Shown here piece by piece: positions 43,601 through 50,927 of a stretch of 64,000 nucleotides of DNA (position 1 is its first letter; every line of letters starts with the position of its first letter). The DNA comes from Microcoleus sp. CAWBG506 (GTDB taxonomy: Bacteria; Cyanobacteriota; Cyanobacteriia; Cyanobacteriales; Microcoleaceae). The notes beneath the pieces were generated by a model. The model was not told where the DNA came from. It ran no database searches and saw only the letters and a list, made by a program, of their open reading frames with translations. The stretch is from contig JAHREW010000029.1 in assembly GCA_020883125.1 (NCBI GenBank), positions 9,712 to 73,711 on the forward strand, in the 5' to 3' direction. Made by a program: the position numbers and the translations under genes.

Positions 43601-43774
43601 GCCTTGGGGATGGTTCCTTTAGTAATTGGCAGCGGCGCTGGTAAAGAAATTCTACAACCGCTAGCAGTTGTAGTGCTGGGAGGATTGTTTACTTCTACTG
43701 CCTTAACGCTGTTAGTTTTGCCAGCTTTGTATTCTCTGTTTGGCAGGTTTATAGTTAATAAAACGAGTGTTTAA
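40694..43774 (+). CDS. CusA/CzcA-family heavy-metal RND permease 2
   Basis: Paralog of 36328..39510 (VDDAIVDMEN, ATRNG); ATG 40694 aligns with the paralog start, and TTG 40619 lies at the predicted promoter. Confidence 0.92.
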   Translation: MLNSIVKWSIAQRWLVVIASILITLWGLRVLTQMPLDVFPSFAPPQVEIQTEAPGLAPEEVESLVTRPIESAINGTPGVEKVRSSSAVGISVVKVIFGWDTEIYRARQLVTERLQQAQNLLPKGVEIPQISPISSPLGATIKYAFTTDTTPLMEVRRIVDWQVKNRFLAVPGVTQIVIFGGEERQYQVLVEPNKLKQFNVSLQQVTEAVKKANVNAPGGFLISPDQELLIRGVGRIESIEDLKQSAIVARNGTPVLLSQVADVKIGAALQRGDSILNGKKAIIVIVNKQPAADTPTVTKAVEAAMEEIKPSLPKDVKVTVTFRQENFIEASIENVRDALRDGIIIVSIVLILFLMNWRTVIISLSALPVSLLLGMIVLDWTGQGINTMTLGGLAVAIGSVVDDAIVDMENVYRRLRENQQAGTPVPPLDVVFNGSVEVRVSVLFSTVIIAVVFAPIFALSGVEGRIFTPMGVSYLLSIIASTLVALTLTPALCAILLVDRRLPPDETWIARKSHQLYRPALMFSIRFPQIVLVIAVVGFVASMVILPSLGRVFLPEFQERSLIVATSLYPGESLNATNQVGFAIQDALKNDNNFEALALRSGRAPGDSDVGGVNFGEMDVEISSLGVKNRESTIEKLRKEYAKIPGVAANIGGFISHRMDEVLSGVRSAIAVKIFGPDLEQLRAIGKQVEATMTAIPGVVDLQLEPQVPIKQVQIKFDRTAAARYGLAVGDLAEVIETALNGRVVSQVLEQQQVFDLVVWLNERDRHNLDIIRNLLVDTPSGQKIPLAQVAKVDYGTGPNTLNRENVSRLIVVSANVQGRDLGSVIADIRSQVKQKVQLPSGYYIQYGGQFQAQEQATQTLIVAGLLAFVVITVLIYFAVKTIPATAMIMINLPLALVGGVISVALGGGIISVASMVGFITLFGVATRNGLLLVDNYNNKLADGMPLQKVIVEGSMERLVAILMTALSSALGMVPLVIGSGAGKEILQPLAVVVLGGLFTSTALTLLVLPALYSLFGRFIVNKTSV

Positions 43775-43834
43775 AGTGAAAGTAAGACCGTTAATGCAAG
43801 TTATCATGGTTTAATTTTAACCATGATTTTCATT

Positions 43835-43938
43835 TCTTAGTCCGCGAAGGCGGACTTCATTTGTGTAGTTTGAGCTCGAATTCGTATGACGGGCGCTTCG
43901 CCACATACGAATTTTAGGTCAACAGGTTTCAACCGCCG
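43835..43938. repeat. REP-like element with a nested hairpin insertion
   Basis: Flanks match the reverse complement of 56874-56925, but 56 nt (AATTCGTATG...CATACGAATT hairpin) replace 4 nt. Confidence 0.65.
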
Positions 43939-43985
43939 AATTATCTTTCAACCTGAAGTAAACATTAATTTTTTTGGCACAAACC

Positions 43986-44663
43986 ATGAAAATCTTGCTA
44001 ATTGAAGACGACGATCGCATTGCCAAACCTCTAGCAGAAGATTTAAGACATCAAAATCATGCCGTCGATATAGCGAGTGACGGCATCGAAGGTTGGGATT
44101 ACATCGAATCAGTTAATTATGACCTAATTTTGTTAGATTTGATGCTACCCAAATTAGATGGAATTACGCTGTGTAAGCGTCTGCGTGCAGCTAAGTCCAA
44201 CGCTCTAATTTTGATGCTGACAGCACGAGATACAACCTCAGATAAAGTCCAAGGACTCGATGCGGGGGCTGATGATTATTTAGTTAAGCCTTTTGAATTA
44301 GAAGAATTAGCGGCAAGAATCAGAGCTTTATCTCGCAGAATTCCAGAAACCAAGCCGCTGATTTTAAGCCACAGCCATTTGCAACTAAATCCCAGTAGCT
44401 TCACCGTCACCTACGGCAATCAATCTTTATCTTTAACACCCAAAGAATATATGATATTAGAATGCTTTTTGAGAAACCCCGCTCAAGTTTTGACTCGTGC
44501 AGCAATTTTAGATAAACTGTGGGATTTCGATCGGTCTTCTGGAGAAGGCACTGTTAAGACTCACATTACAAATCTGCGGAGCAAGCTAAAAGCAGCCGGA
44601 AGCTCAGAAAATTTCATCGAAACAGTTTATGGAATTGGTTATCGTCTCAATGGCACTAACTGA
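43986..44663 (+). CDS. OmpR-family response regulator
   Basis: MKILLIEDD; LDLMLPKLDG; GADDYLVKPF; IETVYGIGYR. Confidence 0.93.
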   Translation: MKILLIEDDDRIAKPLAEDLRHQNHAVDIASDGIEGWDYIESVNYDLILLDLMLPKLDGITLCKRLRAAKSNALILMLTARDTTSDKVQGLDAGADDYLVKPFELEELAARIRALSRRIPETKPLILSHSHLQLNPSSFTVTYGNQSLSLTPKEYMILECFLRNPAQVLTRAAILDKLWDFDRSSGEGTVKTHITNLRSKLKAAGSSENFIETVYGIGYRLNGTN

Positions 44664-44707
44664 AAATCCATATTTTCACAAACAAATGATTAATATTCTC
44701 CTGACTT

Positions 44708-45985
44708 TTGCAGATTTTTCAAATGATGTTTACCAAAATTCGCTGGCGCTTGCTGTTATCTTATCTGGCAGTATTCACCTCAATCTTAGTCATTTTTGCC
44801 GCCGGGGTTCGGCTTTTGTTCGCGCGCAGTCTCACCCAACAGCTAACAGACAGACTGACTACTTTAGGACAAGGAGCCGCGACTAATGCAGATTTTGAAA
44901 ATGGACGGATTAAAGTTGAAAGTGACTTTATTGCCAGACCATTTATTCATAAAAATCAGGGATTGCAGTGGTTTGATGTGAACGGCAACTCGGTTTTAAA
45001 GCAAGGAAATTTTGTGCTAAACTTGCCTTTGTCGATGAGTCAAGACCCGATAAAAATTGAAATAGGAAAAAGTCGAATTCAAGCAGTTATCTTACCAATT
45101 ATGGGGAGCGAGCAGCGTCAACTGATTGGGTATATTAGAGTCAGTCAATCTTTAGAAGAAGTTGACGAAACTTTAACTAAATTAGATTGGATACTGGGGA
45201 GTAGTATTATCATAGCTTTAATCCTCAGCGGATTTAGCGGAGTAATTTTAACTCGGCAAGCCGTGCAGCCAATAGAAGAGAGTTTTCAACGGTTAAAACA
45301 GTTTACGGCTGATGCTTCCCACGAACTCCGAAATCCTTTGATGGCGATCAAAAGTAATGCAGCAGTAGCATTGAAGTATCCAGAAAATATGAGAGAATCA
45401 GATGTAGAAAAGTTCCAAGCTATTGTTAGTGCGGCCAATCAAATGACGCGCCTGACAGAAGATTTGCTGCTGTTAGCTAGGGGTGAGACAAATGGCGATC
45501 GCCCCGAAGCTTCTGTCAACTTAAGCGCAACTTTGTCCAACTTATTATCATTGTATCAGCCAGAAGCTCATGCTAAAAAAATTGATTTAAAATCTGAGAT
45601 TGGCGAGGATATGTACTTGCTAGGAAATGTGGGACAACTGACACGGCTGTTTGCCAATTTGATTGAAAACGCACTCCACTACACGCTGTCAGGAGGAACA
45701 GTTGAAGTTACAGCTAACTTAGTCCGTTGCTATTTAACTGTTAGCGTGCGGGATACGGGGACGGGAATAGCACCAGAGCATCTTAAACTGGTGTTTGAAC
45801 GTTTTTGGCGGGCGGATGAGTCTCGTTCCTATTGGGAGGGGGGTTCTGGTTTGGGATTGGCGATCGCCAAAAACATTGCCCAAAATCACGGCGGTTCAAT
45901 TACTCTCAACAGTCAGGTAGGAGTTGGCAGTTGCTTCACAGTGCGATTGCTATCTGTTAAAGTATCTGATAATTTACAGGGTTAA
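44708..45985 (+). CDS. Sensor histidine kinase (two TM helices, HisKA, HATPase)
   Basis: FTADASHELRNP; NLIENALHYT; DTGTGI; GGSGLGLAIA; start may be ATG 44723. Confidence 0.93.
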   Translation: MQIFQMMFTKIRWRLLLSYLAVFTSILVIFAAGVRLLFARSLTQQLTDRLTTLGQGAATNADFENGRIKVESDFIARPFIHKNQGLQWFDVNGNSVLKQGNFVLNLPLSMSQDPIKIEIGKSRIQAVILPIMGSEQRQLIGYIRVSQSLEEVDETLTKLDWILGSSIIIALILSGFSGVILTRQAVQPIEESFQRLKQFTADASHELRNPLMAIKSNAAVALKYPENMRESDVEKFQAIVSAANQMTRLTEDLLLLARGETNGDRPEASVNLSATLSNLLSLYQPEAHAKKIDLKSEIGEDMYLLGNVGQLTRLFANLIENALHYTLSGGTVEVTANLVRCYLTVSVRDTGTGIAPEHLKLVFERFWRADESRSYWEGGSGLGLAIAKNIAQNHGGSITLNSQVGVGSCFTVRLLSVKVSDNLQG

Positions 45986-46113
45986 CTTGCTAATTTATTA
46001 ACAAATTTTCAATTAAACTAATCTTATTCTTGATTGCTTATAAACCTCACAAATCATTGACAAATTCTTTGATAAAGTGTAGATTATTTGAAGTTACTAA
46101 ATTTATATCAATT

Positions 46114-46797
46114 ATGTTACGAAAGTCTTACGAGTTTTGGTTGCAGCAGATCAACCCTCATATAACCACTTTGATCGTGACAATTGGTGTTGTTGGAATT
46201 GCCAGTTGTCTGTCGATCAGTTTTATGTTAGCATGGCTATTTCAAGAAGTATTAGAAAAAGAAGCTTTTGGCTTTGATAGTGCTTTGTTGTACTGGATAC
46301 ACGGGTATGCTAATCCGAGTCTAGATGCTGTGATGCTGACAATTACTCAGCTTGCCGATGCCAGTGTTGTAGTAGTTATTGTCGCAGTCACGTTGGGAAT
46401 TCTTTGGTGGTACAATCACCGTTCAGAAGCTAAATTGTTTGCTATTGCTTGTTTAGGAGCTTTGATTCTGAATACTGGCATGAAGTTAGTTTTTGCTAAA
46501 CCTCGTCCCCAGATTTTTCCGAGTTTAATTCCTGAAACATCTTTTAGTTTTCCTAGTGGTCATGCTTTGGGAGGTTTTGTGATGTATGGGTTTCTAGCTT
46601 ATCTGCTTTCCGCTCACTTTCCCAAGTTTTCCAAATTGATCTATACTCTAGCTGTTTTTACGATCGCGATTATTGGCCTGAGTAGGATGTATATAGGAGT
46701 ACACTGGCCGACAGATATAATTGCTGGCTACGGAGTCGGCTATATTTGGTTGATGATGTGCATCATAATGCTGAAGTTGCAAACCAGACAAGTCTAG
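46114..46797 (+). CDS. PAP2-family membrane phosphatase
   Basis: K...KPRP; FPSGH; SRMYIGVHWPTDI; ATG 46114. Confidence 0.9.
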   Translation: MLRKSYEFWLQQINPHITTLIVTIGVVGIASCLSISFMLAWLFQEVLEKEAFGFDSALLYWIHGYANPSLDAVMLTITQLADASVVVVIVAVTLGILWWYNHRSEAKLFAIACLGALILNTGMKLVFAKPRPQIFPSLIPETSFSFPSGHALGGFVMYGFLAYLLSAHFPKFSKLIYTLAVFTIAIIGLSRMYIGVHWPTDIIAGYGVGYIWLMMCIIMLKLQTRQV

Positions 46798-46915
46798 TAT
46801 TGCTTTGCTAAAATCTAGCTAATATCAAGCTGCTTTTTGACGTAGCATCTCGCAAAAAAAATATGGGTTTATATTAAGTTAATAGCCTAAAAATAATGTA
46901 AAATACTCTTCTATT

Positions 46916-46948
46916 ATATCCCCGACTTCTTCAAGAAGTCGGGGATAT
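46916..46948. terminator. Perfect 15-bp inverted repeat between convergent genes (REP-like, possible bidirectional terminator)
   Basis: ATATCCCCGACTTCT-TCA-AGAAGTCGGGGATAT. Confidence 0.55.
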
Positions 46949-46981
46949 GAGTATTCTATTTTTTGAGGCTTACTTACTAGA

Positions 46982-47737
46982 TTATTGATTGTTATAAGAT
47001 TCTGGGGCGATTAGTCTTCTATGCTTCAAAGTTGTGAATACGACACAGGCTCCAAGTATTGACAAAAGGACTATAGATGAACCCACCGTACCAAAATTGA
47101 GGCCACCTTTTTCGTGTGATTTTGTCAGAACATCGCCCAGTGTTGCACCAAATGGTCTGGTGAGAACAAACGCCACCCAAAACAACAAGACTGCGGAAAA
47201 TTCGGTAAAATAATGCGCTGCTAATACTACGGCAAGTAAACTGGAAATTAGGAATGCTCCTCCTGCAAATCCAAGTCCAGAAGTATCGGCGAGGAAATCG
47301 CCCACCGCAGTACCCAAAGTATTTGAAAATAGAATTGCAATCCAATAAAGCAGCTCAATTTTAGGCGTTTTGACGTTCTTAACACATAGAGATCCAACAC
47401 TGAATCGCCAGAATGCCAAAGTAGCCAAGAGAAGAGTAAGTAAAATCGTAGATCCTATAGTGTAGCCAAGCCCTAAAGTGCGATTCATGTAATCTGACAT
47501 CGTTGTACCAGCCGTGCTGGTTGAAAGGATGACAGTCCAATAAAGCAATGGGTTATAGCTTTTCGACATCAATTGAGACACAAGACTCGCTAAGAAGACT
47601 CCAATCAATATCGTGGAACTCACCGCATAGCCCACGTTTAATGTCATGGATAAAAGGTCTCCTGCCGTTTCCCCCAGAGTGGTTGCACATATCTTCATGA
47701 TCCAGAAAAAGGCAGTGATTTGTGGAAGTTTGCTCAT
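46982..47737 (-). CDS. COG4705/DUF347-repeat membrane protein, paralog B
   Basis: FWIMKICATTLGETAGD; YW...ST.GT; FW.AFVLTRPFGATLGD. Confidence 0.82.
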   Translation of the reverse strand: MSKLPQITAFFWIMKICATTLGETAGDLLSMTLNVGYAVSSTILIGVFLASLVSQLMSKSYNPLLYWTVILSTSTAGTTMSDYMNRTLGLGYTIGSTILLTLLLATLAFWRFSVGSLCVKNVKTPKIELLYWIAILFSNTLGTAVGDFLADTSGLGFAGGAFLISSLLAVVLAAHYFTEFSAVLLFWVAFVLTRPFGATLGDVLTKSHEKGGLNFGTVGSSIVLLSILGACVVFTTLKHRRLIAPESYNNQ

Positions 47738-47763
47738 TTTTGCGATCGGGTTATCCTACTTTG

Positions 47764-47808
47764 GCGATTTCACTCTAGAGGATAAATGTCAAGAACTTGG
47801 AAAGATTG
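47764..47808 (-). promoter_or_regulatory. ATCTT-N6-TTCTT promoter motif, copy A
   Basis: caATCTTtccaagTTCTTgacatttatcctcTAGAGTgaaa. Confidence 0.7.
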
Positions 47809-47915
47809 ATTACGTTTGTGTTTACCAGGGGTAATGTGGCAATTGCAGCGTGAAACAACTGCCCACGCCTAGCTAAGTTGTCACAGTAAGAGTAATCCCA
47901 TGATTCGATCGCTAA

Positions 47916-48683
47916 TCAGTCTTGTTGGTCAATCGGCAGTGGGGCTAGTTTCTTCTGCTTAAGGCTTAAGTAAATAACCAGACTGACGATTATAGAAAGA
48001 AAAAGCATACTGGTTCCGATCGTACCAAAACCAAAACCACCATTTGTAGTAGGTTGTGACAATAAGTCGCCAGTAGATGCTCCCAGCGGACGAGTCAAGA
48101 TATAAGCTATCCAAAATGCCAAGACTGCATTCATTTTTAAGTAATAATAACCAGCGGCTACTATCCCAATTAAAACGCCAAATACTAATGCTGATTGTGC
48201 GTAACCCAGCTTCAAAGCCTCTGCTAGAAAATCTCCTGTTGACGTCCCCAAAGCAAACGTAAATAAGATAGCAGCCCAATAAAACAGCTCTCTTTTAGCT
48301 GTGTTGATGGAGTGCATAGCTAATGTCTTTTCGTTTGAATACCAAAGCCCAAAAATTACCAACAAAACAACACTAAAAACTATATTAATTGTCATAAAAT
48401 TAACACCCAGATTGTCTACCAATCTATCGGTAATTAGTGTACCAGTGATACTCATCAAAACGACTACAATCCAGTAACTCGCTGGCACATACCGTTTCAG
48501 CCTAAACTGATTCAAAAGCCCCATCAGTAACACAGCGCTCATCACATAGGATGTAACGCTTAAACCAAATTTCAGGTTTACTGACAGATAATCAGCCAGA
48601 GTTTCACCTACTGTGGTTGCCAGAACCTTAATAATCCAGAAAGAACCTGTAACCTCTGGAACCCTGTTTAGTATCTTGTTCAT
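47916..48683 (-). CDS. COG4705/DUF347-repeat membrane protein, paralog A
   Basis: RVPEVTGSFWIIKVLATTVGETLAD; FWIAYILTRPLGASTGD. Confidence 0.85.
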   Translation of the reverse strand: MNKILNRVPEVTGSFWIIKVLATTVGETLADYLSVNLKFGLSVTSYVMSAVLLMGLLNQFRLKRYVPASYWIVVVLMSITGTLITDRLVDNLGVNFMTINIVFSVVLLVIFGLWYSNEKTLAMHSINTAKRELFYWAAILFTFALGTSTGDFLAEALKLGYAQSALVFGVLIGIVAAGYYYLKMNAVLAFWIAYILTRPLGASTGDLLSQPTTNGGFGFGTIGTSMLFLSIIVSLVIYLSLKQKKLAPLPIDQQD

Positions 48684-48809
48684 AATATTTCTCCTTTGGG
48701 TCGATCGTTGAGTGTTCTAGATTTGGGATATTTCTCCAACTAAGGGCTGGCACTCATAGCACCGCCCCTACTCTATTTGTTGCCTAAAGAAAGCGAATTT
48801 GTTCGAGAT

Positions 48810-49307
48810 TTACTTCTTGGCATCATCATTAGTTTCTCCATCCCCATCGCCGGCAGCAGCCTCGGAAGTTTGAATGCTGCTGCGGGGAGAAATACTTTCC
48901 TTATCCTCAGCTTTTAGGCTTTGTGTCTGGAGGATTTTACCGTTACCAGCATCTACACTTATTTTTTGTTTACCGATACTGACTGAGTATACAACGTTGC
49001 CGTCTTCGTTTTCTAATTTGACAGTATTTGCGGTGCCACCTTTAGCAGCTTCTGCTGCGGAGCGTGCCTGTTCGGGCGTAATTTTAGCTAGAGATTGTAG
49101 GTGACTTGATTCTTGCTTTTCTTTCGCATCATCATTCGTTTCGCCATCGCCATCACTGGCTTCAGGTAATGATTTGGCGTTTTGGCGATCGGACATTACG
49201 GCAACCTGAGATTGCGCTGGCGAAGCGTACACAGTTCGGACTAATCCACCCAGCCCTAAAGTACCGACTAAAACAGTGGCTAGAGCGATTTTGGTTGAGG
49301 TTTTCAT
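48810..49307 (-). CDS. Secreted PepSY-domain protein with two acidic DGDGETNDDAK motifs
   Basis: Signal peptide; ITPEQARSAAE...VKLENEDGNVVYSV...VDAGNGKIL PepSY pattern. Confidence 0.85.
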   Translation of the reverse strand: MKTSTKIALATVLVGTLGLGGLVRTVYASPAQSQVAVMSDRQNAKSLPEASDGDGETNDDAKEKQESSHLQSLAKITPEQARSAAEAAKGGTANTVKLENEDGNVVYSVSIGKQKISVDAGNGKILQTQSLKAEDKESISPRSSIQTSEAAAGDGDGETNDDAKK

Positions 49308-49338
49308 TGTTTGAAACTTCTTTAATTTTGGTTTACAG

Positions 49339-49379
49339 TTTCAATGTAGATGACAAAAGTCAAGAACTTAGTAAGATTT
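49339..49379 (-). promoter_or_regulatory. ATCTT-N6-TTCTT promoter motif, copy B
   Basis: aaATCTTactaagTTCTTgacttttgtcatcTACATTgaaa. Confidence 0.7.
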
Positions 49380-49458
49380 TAAACATTGGGCATATTGTCA
49401 ACTACAGAGTTTATTATTGCAATTTGCATCGTCAAATCCTCTCCATGTAAATTTGCGC

Positions 49459-49499
49459 TTTCATTATAGAGGACAAATGTCAAGAACTAGGAAAGATTA
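49459..49499 (-). promoter_or_regulatory. ATCTT-N6-TTCTT promoter motif, copy C
   Basis: taATCTTtcctagTTCTTgacatttgtcctcTATAATgaaa. Confidence 0.7.
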
Positions 49500-49521
49500 A
49501 AAACTTCAGCATTCTGGACAA

Positions 49522-49554
49522 TTTCATGCTAATTTCATTCTTTGGTGTGATATT
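49522..49554 (+). promoter_or_regulatory. CopR-type box 4 with -10
   Basis: TTTCAT-gctaa-TTTCAT, 10 nt, then (TGT)GATATT. Confidence 0.82.
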
Positions 49555-49585
49555 ATCAAATAGCTGTACGCAAAGATTAAACCGA

Positions 49586-50089
49586 ATGAAAACGCTCAAA
49601 TCAAGTTTAGTTATTCTAGCCAGTGTCGGATTGCTGTTTTTGGGAGCTTGCAGTAAAGGCGACCAAGGAAGCGATGCAAATAGCAGCCCAACAGCCCCTT
49701 CTGTCGCCTCTAAACCTGCGTCTTCAGCTCCAAGTTCTGCCCCTATGGCAGCGGATAAAATGGCTCATCCTCAAGCATCTAAAGGCGGTCAAGTTGTCGA
49801 ATCTGGAGCTTACCACTTAGAGTTTGTTGCTGAAAAAGAAGCTACCGGAACTCACTTAGATTTTTATTTACAAAAAGGCGACAAACACGAACCAGTCCCC
49901 AACGCAAAAGTGTCAGCTCAAGTGCAGTTACCGAGTGGAAAACAGCAAACCCTAGCCCTGAAATATGACCCTGCTGGCAAACATTATACTGTTGTATTTC
50001 CAGTCAAAGATGCAGGAAACTATCCTGTGAAAATGAATGCGGATATTAACGGAGAAAAAGTTGACGGTCGTTTTACCTTTAAGCAATAG
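49586..50089 (+). CDS. Lipoprotein with a His-containing beta-rich domain, function unknown
   Basis: Lipobox LGAC; GGQVVESGAYHLEF; start moved to ATG 49586 because ATG 49526 lies inside the operator. Confidence 0.8.
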   Translation: MKTLKSSLVILASVGLLFLGACSKGDQGSDANSSPTAPSVASKPASSAPSSAPMAADKMAHPQASKGGQVVESGAYHLEFVAEKEATGTHLDFYLQKGDKHEPVPNAKVSAQVQLPSGKQQTLALKYDPAGKHYTVVFPVKDAGNYPVKMNADINGEKVDGRFTFKQ

Positions 50090-50250
50090 ATAGATAGCTA
50101 ATTCATTGATTGATGCAGTTTTATTTATGGGTGCATTATGTCAACTATCTCCAATAGTATCAACTCGGTTTATTTTTGATGAACAGGGTTGATTTTCAGT
50201 TAGATTATAGATAATTTACTCTTTTAATGATTAACTTCGATCGCCTAAAA

Positions 50251-50283
50251 TTTCATTCGGATTTCATCCCTGAAAGTCAAGCT
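50251..50283 (+). promoter_or_regulatory. CopR-type box 5 with -10
   Basis: TTTCAT-tcgga-TTTCAT, 10 nt, then CAAGCT. Confidence 0.8.
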
Positions 50284-50328
50284 AATAAATAAGAAAAGAA
50301 ATTAGTCAAGTTTTCAGGGAGTACCGGA

Positions 50329-50799
50329 ATGAAAAAGTTAATTTACGCTGCTGTATTCACATTTGTGCTGGCATCTAATGCCCCCGCTACTGTTGCAGGA
50401 GGAGCCATGCAAAATGCGAATATTCCTCACCTTATCCACAGCGGTGCCCATCCGAATAAAGCTCGATTTCAGGGTGCTACCCATCATTTTGAAGTTCACG
50501 TTCAGGGAAAGGCTCTTTCGGCACTGGTAATTGATTTGCCCGATGATGTGAAAATGCGTAGCGGCATTGAGATAACAAATCAATCTGGTCAAAAAATAGA
50601 GTCTCAAGTTTCTGTTAATAACCGAAAAGCGACTGTGGTTTTCTCCCAACCTGTTTCTCCTGACACCACTATATCAATTGATCTGCTGGGAATTCGGACT
50701 CCTAGTTACAGTCGGAATTGGATGTACACGATATCTGGTAAAATGGTGGGAATAAATGCAGAAATACCACTTGGTACAGTTTTAATTCAAACCTACTAA
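50329..50799 (+). CDS. Secreted DUF2808-like protein
   Basis: Signal peptide; PHLIHSGAHP; VVFSQPVSPDTTISIDL...RTP; family call from recall. Confidence 0.7.
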   Translation: MKKLIYAAVFTFVLASNAPATVAGGAMQNANIPHLIHSGAHPNKARFQGATHHFEVHVQGKALSALVIDLPDDVKMRSGIEITNQSGQKIESQVSVNNRKATVVFSQPVSPDTTISIDLLGIRTPSYSRNWMYTISGKMVGINAEIPLGTVLIQTY

Positions 50800-50826
50800 G
50801 TAATTTTAAATCTACCATTGGCAAAA

Positions 50827-50889
50827 GTAAGGTGCGTCGCTTTCAGATTGTCGCTCTTTTTTAGAATTTTTGGTGGCGACGCACCCTAC
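50827..50889. repeat. GTAG-type REP palindrome
   Basis: GTAAGGTGCGTCGC ... GCGACGCACCCTAC. Confidence 0.72.
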
Positions 50890-50927
50890 AGTTATTGTTG
50901 CATTGAACCCTGAAAGTAAGGTGCGTC

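Noticed and set aside
46050-46086. Fourth ATCTT/TTCTT box upstream of PAP2 (ATCATtgacaaaTTCTT)
   Set aside because: Period is 12 rather than 11 and the distance to the putative -10 differs; not counted
49391-49441. Short minus-strand ORF (MQIAIINSVVDNMPNV) between promoter motif copies C and B
   Set aside because: Too short, with no clear RBS or distinctive features; more likely tandem promoters for the PepSY gene
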